Shown: positions 52,918-64,000 of the stretch, one piece after another
Layout of the letters: every line of letters begins with the position of its first letter
Position numbering within the stretch: the stretch's first letter is position 1
From: Octopus vulgaris
Taxonomy: Eukaryota
Length of the DNA: 64,000 bases
Assembly (NCBI GenBank): GCA_951406725.2
Contig: OX597827.1
Coordinates: 84,010,001 to 84,074,000, forward strand
Reading direction: 5' to 3'
Made by a program: the position numbers and the translations under genes
Notes under the pieces: generated by a model
The model's input: only the letters and a program-made list of their open reading frames with translations
Database searches by the model: none
What the model was told of the DNA's origin: nothing

Positions 52918-54117
52918 CTGAGTTGGGAAAATAAAGAAAAGTAAAATATAATATAATTGAAATAGGAGGAGCAGAGAAAACACAAAACTGAGCTTCTGTT
53001 GGAATAGAAATTCTTGGAGCAATTTTGCTCTACTTCAGGCATGTGAATGTATGTTCCTGTGTGTACACAGTGTACACACATACACTGAAACTTTACTGAT
53101 ATGATTGCAGGTGTGTATGTGTCTGTGTGTGCAGCATCTGCTACAGTTATTTAGCAAAGAACACATTTGTATATTGCATATTACAGATGTTAATGTAATC
53201 TATAACAAATATCTGCTTCCTCTTGTAAATGGAACCCTGTTCCTTGAGCCATGTGACCACATTTCTCCCCTGAGCTAATGTGATATACCTACACAGTTAC
53301 TTGACCTGCTAGAAACAGCTACCAAATTGCTAGTATTTTTTCTATTTCTCAGTTAGGAGAGAAGGTGTTGCCCATGGCCCTTTACACAGTTTTGAAGCTG
53401 GTCAGAGAAAGGGAAGATGATATTCTCAAGCTGGAAATCTAACTCAAATGCTTGCAACAAAGAGAACTCCACCGCTTGATACTTACGGGGCCAAATAGTG
53501 ACAATGAATTAAATCTATCACCCAAGTAGGTCATTGCAGGATTTGAACCCAAAACACAGAGAACTGGAAGAGGCAATATGAGTCTTCAGATTTGAGATTA
53601 TTACATTTCTACCAATCCTTCACTCTGGAGTGGAACTTTTTATTGATTCGTAATAATAAAAGATGAAGTCAATTTAAGGGTTAGTGGAAGTTGAAATCTT
53701 ACCCTAGTTCTGCTGGGTCAAACCTGACTTGGGGCTTAACTACAGCCACTAATGCTAACTATTGTACTATACTTTAGATAATGTAACCCTAAATACCCTA
53801 TACATGAATGAAGAAGAGATGGTTATAGTTGGACCCCCTTTGTTCATAGATGTTGTGGATCAAATCTGAGAAGGAATTATTTAGCACACACAGACACACA
53901 CCTGCACACACAGACACACACCTGCACACACAGACACACACAACCACCTTCTCTCATTCTTTTTATTTTTACCGTCACTTTTCCTCATTCTTTTATTTTC
54001 TTGATGAAGGACTGGCTTCTGAAACGTCAGGATATTTTCCTTTTTTTTTAAGCATTACACTAATGCAACATTTGTTAAAACTTATCGCTCTTCAGTTGCC
54101 TTCATCACCTAACACAA

Positions 54118-54159
<42 letters not shown>

Positions 54160-54416
54160 GACAGGAGTGCCATGGCTGAAACTTCTACATGACACATCTG
54201 CTCAACAACAACTATAGTCGCTAATATTAATAACAGTATAATTCTATAAGAAACTACATCTGAATAAAAGTCAGGTTGGTCATGGATAGAACACTTTTCC
54301 TCATTGCTTGCTTGTTCCCTCAGAACTTGGTGCTAAACAACAACAGCAGCTACAGACAGAAGCCAGTGCATCAATAACTTCTCTGGTCAAAAGTCAGATT
54401 CAAATAAGTTGCTCAC

Positions 54417-54658
54417 CTTATCATTGCAGTGTCCACGTGTTGAGTCCCGTACACGTTCAACATAATGGTCAAAGCACACTCGTACAGTGTTACACACTCC
54501 TCAAGGTTTTTTTCATCATAGACCAATGCCACATTGTTAAGGATCTCAGCTAGTCGTGGATAATTCCAGCCTGCATTATTGTAGGTCAATCTGAAATCTT
54601 GGAGGAAATAACAGAGAGCCTTATCCAGTTGACCCTGCTGGAAACAGAGTTGACCAAG
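54417..54658 (-). CDS. TPR-repeat protein, exon n-1
   Basis: ttctattttag / gtgagc, 242 nt, phase 0 to 2. LGQLCFQQGQLDKALCYFLQDFRLTYNNAGWNYPRLAEILNNVALVYDEKNLEECVTLYECALTIMLNVYGTQHVDTAMI. Confidence 0.85.
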
Positions 54659-55268
54659 CTAAAATAGAAGAGGTAAAAGAAAAATTGTCTCTGTTATTCT
54701 GTATTACTTTAATTATCCCTAGAGATTTTGAAGAAAAACAGATAACAGAATTTCTAATGAAAGGTGAAAAAGTCAAAGATTGATAGGACTGACCCCTCAG
54801 AGACTGAAAGATCATGCAGTATATTTGACCTTACCTTTTTAATTTTTATTGGATTACTTTCAGAAGTCAACATATAGCACTGGCCATTATTATGGATCAC
54901 ACAATTCAAAGCTGAGAGCTTTATTGTGTTGGAACATTTTTGTGAATGACATTTCATATATTAACGAGGATTTAGCCAGATGTAATGTTAGATTAATTGA
55001 AGCTGACCTTGCCATGGAGAGGAACTTCGTTGGTTTGAGGCAACCAGAGATTAAGCATTTATGTGTATGTAGTAGAGGTGAGAGAGTTAGTCTTGGAGGG
55101 AATTTACAAAGTGTGAGCAATCTGGATAGATAGGAAAATAGGTTGGTAAGTGGTGAGTTCAAACGATCACTTATGTGGATGACAACCACATAGGGAAAAG
55201 GAGGAGGCTGTCAAAGTGTGAGAGAAAAGGATGAAGATAGGAGAGAGAGAGAAAGGAGAAAAGTTTAC

Positions 55269-55415
55269 CTTATCAATTATGGCTGCTACATAATGATGTT
55301 TGGGACCAAACACTTCAGATGCTAACTCTAGAGATCGGAGCAACAATTTTTCAGATTCTTTTGTGTTGTTTTTCATCTGAAAAACTGTAGCCAGACCCAG
55401 GGAGCCTTTACACAG
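55269..55415 (-). CDS. TPR-repeat protein, exon n-2
   Basis: ttctgtttcag / gtaaac, 147 nt, phase 0 to 0. LCKGSLGLATVFQMKNNTKESEKLLLRSLELASEVFGPKHHYVAAIIDK. Confidence 0.85.
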
Positions 55416-56127
55416 CTGAAACAGAAATAAGCGTTAATCATTATTGTTTATTGAAATCTACCCTAACCTTAAAACTAATATTAACCCTAATCCAAACATT
55501 AACCTTAATCCTTAGCCAAACTGTAGCACAAATCCTTTCTTTAAATGCAATCCTATTTCTAAAGCTAAACCGTAACCCTAAATCTGTCCTTAAACTTAAC
55601 TAAAAGTTTGCTCTAAGTCTAACTTTAAACATAACACTAACCTTAGACATAATCCTAAAGATTAACATTAAAGTTAAATCTACAGCTAATCCTAATCTCC
55701 AAAGACAGTCTTAGATATTTAACTTGACCTGATGACCTACCAATCAATAAATGAGTCAGTAGTTCATAGTTTGTCACTGAAGTGTGTCATGTCACACAGA
55801 TCAAGACATTAATATTTCAAATGATTATTCACTTTATCAGAGTGTATTAATACGTAGCACAAAGCAAATAGACTTTATTATATTCATTTCCTAAGCTTGC
55901 AACCTAAGCTTATCCATTTAATTATAACATATTAGACAAACACGTATTCCATTTGACTCATTTGTTATTGATACATGACTTGGAAGATAGTCTTTGAAGG
56001 GTTTTTTTCTACAACCCGGTGGTTTATAGACTTTAGAGTCTGTATCTCTTTTATATACCACATGTATGTCATATGTTCCATGATATATCCCAGGTATGTT
56101 CTAGACATGAACATTTTATAACAAGAC

Positions 56128-56247
56128 CTGAAGTTTCTGTTTCCATGTTTTCGCAGTGTTCAATCTGTCCAGAAGTTCTCGGTAATAAGTTTCTGCTTGT
56201 TCCAAATCATTCTGTTCAGTGCAAACACTTGCCAGTAACTGGAGCAG
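56128..56247 (-). CDS. TPR-repeat protein, exon n-3
   Basis: cttcttctcag / gtcttg (weak donor), 120 nt, phase 0 to 0. LLQLLASVCTEQNDLEQAETYYRELLDRLNTAKTWKQKLQ. Confidence 0.75.
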
Positions 56248-58285
56248 CTGAGAAGAAGAGAAAGCAACATTAAATACACAGCAATTCTACAATGTTTCTG
56301 GAGAGATTTGCCAATAAATTATTCTATGCGATAAGCCTTCCTCCCTGGAACCTGTTGCCCTTTAAGTGAGACAACAGATCAGTGCTCCATCAGTTTTAGG
56401 CCATCTTTGACAGCATAGATTCAGATGTATCGAAGTGGTTAAGAAGTTTGTTTTACAATCATGAGTTTTCTGCTTTGACCTACTGTGTGAGTCCTTGAGC
56501 AAGTTCTTTTACCATAGCCTTGGGTTGACCCTTAACTTGAAAGTAAAACTGGTAAATAAACACTGTAAAGAAGCTCATCAAATAGAGTGTGCCTGTAATT
56601 CAAAGATCCAGCCTTGTTACATACTGTTTATATTATGTTTGGAGTACATGGGTATGTGGAATATTCGGCCACAAGCAAATTAACATCTTGTGTAGAAAGT
56701 TCAGTAAAGTGACAAGTTTGAATGTTTATTGTGAAAACACTACAGGCAGTGAATAAGCATCAACTCTTAGCCATCAGAACCAATTGGGTGGGAGGTCAAA
56801 ATTATCCTTTTACTCATATCCTTTCACACCCCACTAGCAACCAAAAGCCATGACCCTAAATTCTCTCAGTGTTTCACTTATAATTCTATTGCACCTGTTC
56901 AGGTAAAGAACATACTTGCAGAAAACACTCAGTCCATCACCACAACTCCTGCACCCCCCCCCCCAAATGTGAAGAATACCTCTGTGACATTGCATCTAAC
57001 GAATCCGCAGTCCAACTATTTCATAATTCTCCTACAGAAAAGGACCTTCCTGTATGCTTGACCATTTTGTTGCTAACTCCACATCTCTCTCTCTCACTCT
57101 CTTTCTCTCTTTCACACACACACACACACACACACAAAGTAAATCTCCTCCAAATGTTTCTCTCTCCCCACTTTTCGCGATCTCTGAAACTCCTTCAGGT
57201 TTTTCGTTTCCTGCAGCCGTCAACTTGCAGTTGTCTCTTAGAGTGACCTTGTACAAAAGTCACGGCTGTTGGAAGTTCTGTGAAGGCCAGAGGCACTGCT
57301 CTTTCATCGCAGCAAAAACTGATTTAAAGACAGAATGAATAAACAGGAGCAGCTAATATGACAGGAAAGGGAAGCAAGAATGTGAAACACACAACATGAG
57401 TAACAACAACAACTACAGCAACAATAACAACAAAAACGACATCTGGTGCATCGTGCAAATATGGCAGCATCTAAACAGTTGGTCTACATGCTAGAAATAG
57501 TCACCCGATTTTTCTCAAATCATATCCGAATGTGTAAGGAGGGATGTATTGAATAATATAGTCCTGATGTATGATTAGTTAGGAGGGTCTTGAGGTGAGC
57601 ATCTTGGAGCAAAGACCTAAAGAATTTAGAGTCTGCTGGGGATAGAAACAACTCTTACTGCTTTTATTATTATTATTACTGAACAGGTGCAGAAAAGTGA
57701 GTTCTAAACTCTATCAGGGAGGGACCGACACAGTCCTTATTCCTTGATGAAAGAATGCCAAATAAGTATCCCTAATTCTAGCGGGTATCAACTTTGAGAT
57801 GGAATGTCTTTGCTTTTGTGGTTCAGATTAGTTTTGAGACATCAAAGACCAACTCCATTTTATTTGGATTTAGTGTATTTAGGGCTACTTCATCTAAGGT
57901 ATCTGCTGGACTATGAATAGAAGGAAATTTGGTTGCTATTTCTAGCAGCCATCATCGTCATATTCATCCCACTAACATAAAAATATAATGTATCAGTTTC
58001 TTCCTAATCATTGTCTCATTTGCTTGATTTGAAATTGCTTGGATCTCATTTTGCAGCTTTTCAATGTCTTTCATAAAGGAGCCTCTACACGATCACTCTA
58101 CCTGCTAGATATAGCAGCCAGACCATAACCTTCTATCTTAAATAAGGAAGGAATATGGTTCAAGGTACACTATGCCTGAGTTAAAGTGATGGAATTGTTT
58201 TGATCATAGGCCTGCTTGGTTAAACCCTAATCATCTGGTTTTCCCCAGACTGAAAGAAAGTACTGTCCCTCATGCCCAGACTTAC

Positions 58286-58409
58286 CTCAATGACAGTCTC
58301 GTGACAGCACCGGCTCTTCCAAGAGAAGTTCCATGGACAATATACAATTGTAACAAACTCATCACCATATTTCTTCTCAAAATCATGCAACAAAGATTCC
58401 AGGAGTTTC
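58286..58409 (-). CDS. TPR-repeat protein, exon n-4
   Basis: tattggcag / gtaagt, 124 nt, phase 2 to 0. KLLESLLHDFEKKYGDEFVTIVYCPWNFSWKSRCCHETVIE. Confidence 0.7.
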
Positions 58410-58449
58410 CTGCCAATATACAACATAATACGTAAACTACTATTGATAA

Positions 58450-58572
58450 TACATTTTTCAACTATAGGTACAATTTTGAGAAAGGGGCCCAGTCAATGAC
58501 GTCAACACCAGTGTTTCACTGGTACTAAGTTTATCAACACTGAAAGGATGAAAGGCAAAGTTGACCTTGGCA

Positions 58573-58603
<31 letters not shown>

Positions 58604-59400
58604 CCTTTGTACTATAAGCACAAGGCCTGAAATTTGGCAGGAGGGGTCCAATTGATTAGATCAAACCCCAGCACTCAACTGATACTTAATTTATTGACGC
58701 TGAAAGGATGAAAGGCAAACTCAGAGGAATTGAAACTCAGAACGTAATGGCAGACAAAATACCTATTTCTTTACTACCCACAAGGGGCTAAACACAGAGA
58801 GGACAAACAAGGACAGACAAACGGATTAAGTCGATTACATCGACCCCAGTGCGTAACTGGTACTTATTTAATCGACCCCGAAAGGATGAAAGGCAAAGTC
58901 GACCTCGGCGGAATTTGATCTCAGAATGTAGCGGTAGACAAATACCACTAAGCATTTCGCCCGGTGTGCAAATGATTCTGGCAGGTCACTGCCTTAATAA
59001 TGATAATAATAATAATAATAATGGATTCAAGTTTTGGCACAAGGCCAGCAATTTTGGGGGTGGGGATAAGTTGATTACATTAACCCCAGTCCTCAACTGG
59101 TACTTATTTTATCAACCCGAAAGGATGAAAAGCAAGTCAACTTCAGTGAAATTTGAACTCAGAATATAAAGCCAGAATAAATGCCACTAAGCATTTTGCC
59201 TGGCATGCTAATGATTCTGTCAGCTCACTGCCTTAATAATAATAATAATAATAATAATGATAATCCTTTCTACTATAGGCACAAGACCTGAAATTCTGGG
59301 AAGTGGACTAGTCAATTACATTGACCCCAGTGTATAACTGGTACTTAATTTATCAACCCCAAAAGGATGAAAGATAAAGTTGACCTTGGTTTTAATAATA
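58450..59400 (-). mobile_element. Head-to-tail array of about 5 SINE copies or fragments separated by (AAT)n
   Basis: The aaaggatgaaag...aaagt motif occurs at ~58545, ~58703, ~58881, ~59120 and ~59362. Confidence 0.85.
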
Positions 59401-59409
59401 ATGATAACA

Positions 59410-60150
59410 ACTTAAAAGATCAGGAAGCATCATGGAGATGGCTCAGCAAGGATGACCTAAAAACAAGAATACTGATAGCATAATCATTGCAGCCCAGGAT
59501 CAGGCATTGTGTACCAACTCTGTGAAAAGGGATATATACCACACAAGTGCAACGAACCCCTGAAGAATGTGTAGGAAGAGGGTCAAAAGCATGACTCACA
59601 TTGTTAGTACTTGTGAAAGTCTTGTGCAGAAAAGTACAAGCGCAAACACAACAAGGTAGCCCCAAACCTTCACTGGCCACTCTGCAGGAGTGTGAATACG
59701 AGATAATAGGTGCTTGGTACCAAAATACACTGGAAAAGGTAATGGATGAAAAATAGAAGGCAAAAATCCTTTGAGACTTTGATTTCCAAACAGACAAGGT
59801 GTTAGAACACTGAAGGCCAGATATAGTAACCTGTAGGAGGGACAAACAAGAGTGCCTAATAATCAATGTGGCAGTGCCAGGAGATCAACATATTATCATG
59901 AAAGCAAGAAAAAAGTTGATAAATATGGAGACCTGAGAATTGAGATGACTAAACTGTGGCAACTACGAGAATCAAACATAAAGGCAATTCCTGTTGTTAT
60001 TGGAGCATTGGGTTCAATATCACCCAAGCTGAAGAAACATCTGGAAACTTTAGAAATACCCTACAATCTGGGTGTTAGACACAATATTTTTACTCAACAT
60101 CACGATATTGGACACCATGCAACATCTTAAATAATAATAATAATAATAAT
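59410..60150 (+). mobile_element. R4/Dong-like LINE 3' remnant (CCHC plus restriction-like endonuclease)
   Basis: IIAAQDQALCTN, RMC...THIVSTC, KIL*DFDFQTDKVLEH*RPDIV, LIINVAVP, KVDKYGDL, IPVVIGALG; (TAA)n tail. Confidence 0.85.
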
Positions 60151-61919
60151 AGCAACAAGAGATCAAACATGCAACATAAATCATGTCCATCAAAAAAGGG
60201 ATTTTAAAAAATGTGTGTAAGTGTGTGTGTATATATATGTGCATACACCCACTTATATAACCATACCTACATAATATATACAGAGATAGATTACACATAT
60301 GAACTATCTGCCTCTGCACCATCACTGACTTCTTTCTTGCAATGTGGCATAACTCGTTGAAACCTTTGTGGTCTTCAAATGTTATCATTGATCTGCTTGT
60401 ATTCTATTGTAAGACTATAAGCCAAGAGCCCACATCAATATCTTTGTCCATGATCTTATATTTTTTCTATCCATGTATTACAGTGCCATCTTGTGGGAAG
60501 CTAAATAATACCTGTCCTGCTGGCCTTCTCTCTCTTTATATTCAGTTTTAAATAATTGGCAGATACTTCTGTATTCCTTGCTTCTGTTGAGGGATCATTT
60601 TTCCACACATGGGCCATGGTTCATTCTAAGTCCCATGGAGATAATACAAAAACCTCTCCATCATGTTGCTGTCAAATTTCTGTTGAAATACACTGCCTTC
60701 AATTAAGTTGCTTCAATTAATTTTGAAAATAGAAAAGGATTTGGTCAAATGGCTATTATTAAGCTGGTGTTTGGAACACAAATTAGCATGCAGTTTTGAT
60801 TGCAGGTTTTAATTTTGGTCACTTTAAAACAGAAAGTTTGCATCATAAGATTAAGGATGATCTCAAACAGATTGCTAACAAAAGCGTGAAATGTCATATT
60901 CCTGCTTTCTATTATTTCTTGAGTATATTCCTCAGGAGAGGAGAATCTCTTTTGTAGCATTTTTTCTTTTTACTAAAGTTGGTCAATATCTATTAAGTCT
61001 TTTCATTTCACAATGCTAACAAAAACTGAGCTGTTCTGGTAATGGTTTATTGTAATTCAAATTTATTTTCACCAATCTCTTCTTTTACGCTTTGCAATTT
61101 GTAGCTTCTGTTTCTTCTTTTTTTTTTATGAGCTGTTATTTTTTAAGTGACATTTTTTCCTGTCTTTTCTATTAAAAAAATACTGTCTCTGCAAATTCTG
61201 GGGTGTTTCACTGCATCTTCTATGAGTCCATATGTAGTCATATTGGACCATTCTGACAGATGTCTGTTCCCTTTGTTTAATAATAATAATTTATGATATC
61301 AGCATAAAGCCAGCATTTTTGAAGGAAGCTGGTTGTCCAGCATTTTATTTTATCAACCTTGAAAGTATGATAAGTGAAGATGATCTCAGTGGAATCAATA
61401 ATAATAATGATGATGATGTCAAATTTTGGCACAACGCCAGCACTTTCAGGGGAGGGGTTGATTACATGAACCCCAGTGTTGACCCTGAAAGGATGAAGGG
61501 CAAAGTCAACGCCAGTAGTATTTGAACTCTGAACGTGAAGACAGACAAAAGGCCATTAAGCAAGCTAACAATCTTTTATCTTTTGTTTTAGTCATTAGAT
61601 TGTGGCCATGCTGGGGCACCACTTTGTAGAATTTTAATTGAATGAATCAACTCCAACCTCAGTACTTATTTTTTTAAAAGTCTGTTACTCAGTCTTTTGC
61701 TCTTTTTTGCTGAACTGCTAAGTTACAGGGACATAAATACACCAACACTGGTTTCCAAGGGGTGGTGGGGACAAATGCAGTCACAAAGACACACATCATC
61801 ATCATCATTATTGTTTAATGTCTGTCTTCCATGCTAGCATGGGTGGGATGGTACCACAAGAGTCAGTCAGGCCAAAGTTTGCATCTGGGCTTCTGTGACT
61901 GTTTTGGCAAAGTTGATGT

Positions 61920-63400
61920 TACCAGGGAGAAAATTTTCTGAATAGCAAAATCTGTTCCTTCCCTAGAACCTGAAAATCATTTCATTCCAGTCTGGTCAGA
62001 GGTTTCTTGGAAAAATGTACAATGACCAGCTGGTTGTATAGCACTGAAGTGATGTAGTCACATCAGATCTCTCTGGAACAACAATCACTCGTCCCATTTC
62101 TGAGAGAGACTGGCTAATTTGCTCATGACCTTTTCCCCAGTTCTTATCTGTCTGAAGGTCCAGTCTTAACCCTAACCCTAGCATCTTAACTGAGCCCCAA
62201 ATCAAACAACAGAAACTGGCTAGCTTGGAATTGTCTCTCCAGATGCTGATTAAACAAACTTGATCCAATTAATGTGTGCTTCTTTACACTCTGCTATTCT
62301 TCCGGTATAATGCTAAATCTATGACAGTGCCATCATCTACCAATGCAGACATGACTCCCCTGTGACCCATTTTGAGAAGGTTTCCATTAAAATATCCAAC
62401 CTATGCAAGCAATAACGGCTCCAGTGCCAAAACATACAGCATAATGTGGAGGAGATATATTTGATGGACGAAGAGTTCAAGAGAAATTATTTCAAGATGG
62501 GACTAGTTTAATCATTGGAAAAATACTGCTGTATGTTTTTGTGATCTTGCCTCTAATGATGGAACCAAAACTGACTGCTCGTAGCATAATTGCTGGGTAG
62601 CAATGGTTCACTCTGACAAACACTTTGAACTGATCAAAATTGATCAGCATTCTGCTAAAGTCAAATTCATTCCCAACACAATGATATATTACATAGAGTT
62701 AGCAGTGTATAGGCCTGCCTGGAATTACATAGATTTGCACGTCTCTGACTACACTGTCAATGACAATCTCTTAGCAAAATATCTTTTACTCTCTATTTTG
62801 TAGAGTTATGGGTTCAAAGTTCTCTCTCACATCCTCTTTACTTGAGTCCTCCCTCAGTAGCATCACCATTCACCAACTCATTTGATTGGAACTACCCACA
62901 GTTTGCTGCCAGCTGCAGTAGATGGTTATCACCACAGCAAACAAGTCTGATGCGTGGCAGTAAGACTTATAGAGAACACCATCTAATTCTGATGATTTGT
63001 GCTTCAGGCAGCAGCTCAGCACATCAGTTACTTCATTAGCTGAAATCAGTTTCTCATGCACAGCACCTCCCTGCTCAGGTGTTGTGGTAAGCCATCGACG
63101 TAGACATCAAGATTCATTGTCTCTCACCTGCTGCTCATCAACAATAGTTCAGCAAAGTGTTGTTGGAAAACTGTTCTCATCAATTTGGAATTGGAGAGTA
63201 TGGGTCCTCGGTAGCATGCTGAAAGCTGAATTGTGCATTTGTTACCACACTGCACTTCTTTCACACAACTTTCATGCTTTTGTATTTCAGCATATGCAGT
63301 CTAACTCAGCCAACGCATCTTTTCTGATTTGCTAGTGCATCATTTGTGATGCCTCTTGCAAGCAATGAAATAGTTTTGCCTCTGAATTGTTGTTCTTTTC
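61920..63400 (-). mobile_element. Highly degenerate Tx1/L1-like LINE RT remnant (intronic)
   Basis: LDGVLYKSY...DLF...WQQ, VIPGRPI, DQFKVFVRVNH (DQSKAFDRVDH-like), ALVDD. Confidence 0.55.
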
Positions 63401-63677
63401 TGCCCTTTCTGTGATAAAGCTAATGGATGCTTCTTGAATGCTTCACTTTGGAGAAATCCACCATCTGTTCCTGAAGGTGGCCTTTGTCAATTCTTACTTG
63501 ACTTATATGCAATTCTACCACTGTTTACAAACTGCATCCAAGATGAAGTTCATAGTTCAGAAAAAGTGCATTTATATAAAACTCATCTGACAAACATTTA
63601 AAAAGAGACAAAGACTATAAAATGATTAGAATAGAAACAAAAAGTTGGATTAGAAAATTTTGTTGATAATTCCTTAC

Positions 63678-63820
63678 TTGGCATCGTCTAACAAAGACAA
63701 ATCAATGAATAATTGTGCCAAAGATTTTGATAGCTTTAAGAAATCTTCACTTTGTCTGTTACCATTGAAATATTCAAGTTGTTCTTTATAAACTTTGCTG
63801 ACTTCATTGAAATCATCAAA
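63678..63820 (-). CDS. TPR-repeat protein, exon n-5 (the gene continues beyond the window)
   Basis: attttcctag / gtaagg, 143 nt, phase 0 to 2, matching the phase-2 start of 58409. FDDFNEVSKVYKEQLEYFNGNRQSEDFLKLSKSLAQLFIDLSLLDDA(K). Confidence 0.7.
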
Positions 63821-64000
63821 CTAGGAAAATGAAAACAAGAAGGGATATTGAGGATTTAGACAACCATGATAATTATAGTTTAACATTAAGTGTGTGTGTG
63901 TGTGTGTGCAGGTCTGTTTGTCTTTTGATTTGTTGTGACTTGAGGAAGGGGCAACAGTCGTGGTCATTGTAGATCCTCCCAGACTGGTGACACTGATGTC

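Noticed and set aside
54835-55121. Possible extra exons (donors at ~54835 and ~55007)
   Set aside because: The translations are not TPR-like, and the flanking exons already join in phase without them.
58450-59400. Regularly spaced repeats superficially resembling a CRISPR array
   Set aside because: They are long, divergent SINE copies in eukaryotic DNA, with no constant repeat/spacer lengths and no cas genes.

Overview
AT-rich, microsatellite-saturated eukaryotic DNA. The SINE/LINE content matches what I recall of coleoid cephalopod (Octopus-like) genomes; this is recognition, not a database result. Almost all long ORFs in the supplied track are artefacts of (TA)n/(CA)n/(TATG)n tracts. Three kinds of real content are present. 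(1) The last six coding exons of a spliced, minus-strand TPR-repeat host gene (63820 to 52749), assembled with consistent intron phases. (2) A dense set of transposon remnants: CR1-like, two RTE, three Tx1/L1-like and two R4/Dong-like LINEs, Penelope-like GIY-YIG remnants, a Mag-like Ty3/Gypsy provirus with a tRNA-Leu PBS, a second gypsy remnant, a BEL/Pao remnant, a small internally deleted LTR element with a TSD, mariner and maT remnants, and many tRNA-derived SINEs. (3) Several unrelated type I hammerhead ribozyme motifs, which are the most notable signal. Three copies of one family sit at the end of a non-coding, microsatellite-filled repeat with Penelope-style inverted termini, and a separate canonical-core hammerhead lies at 36841-36924.
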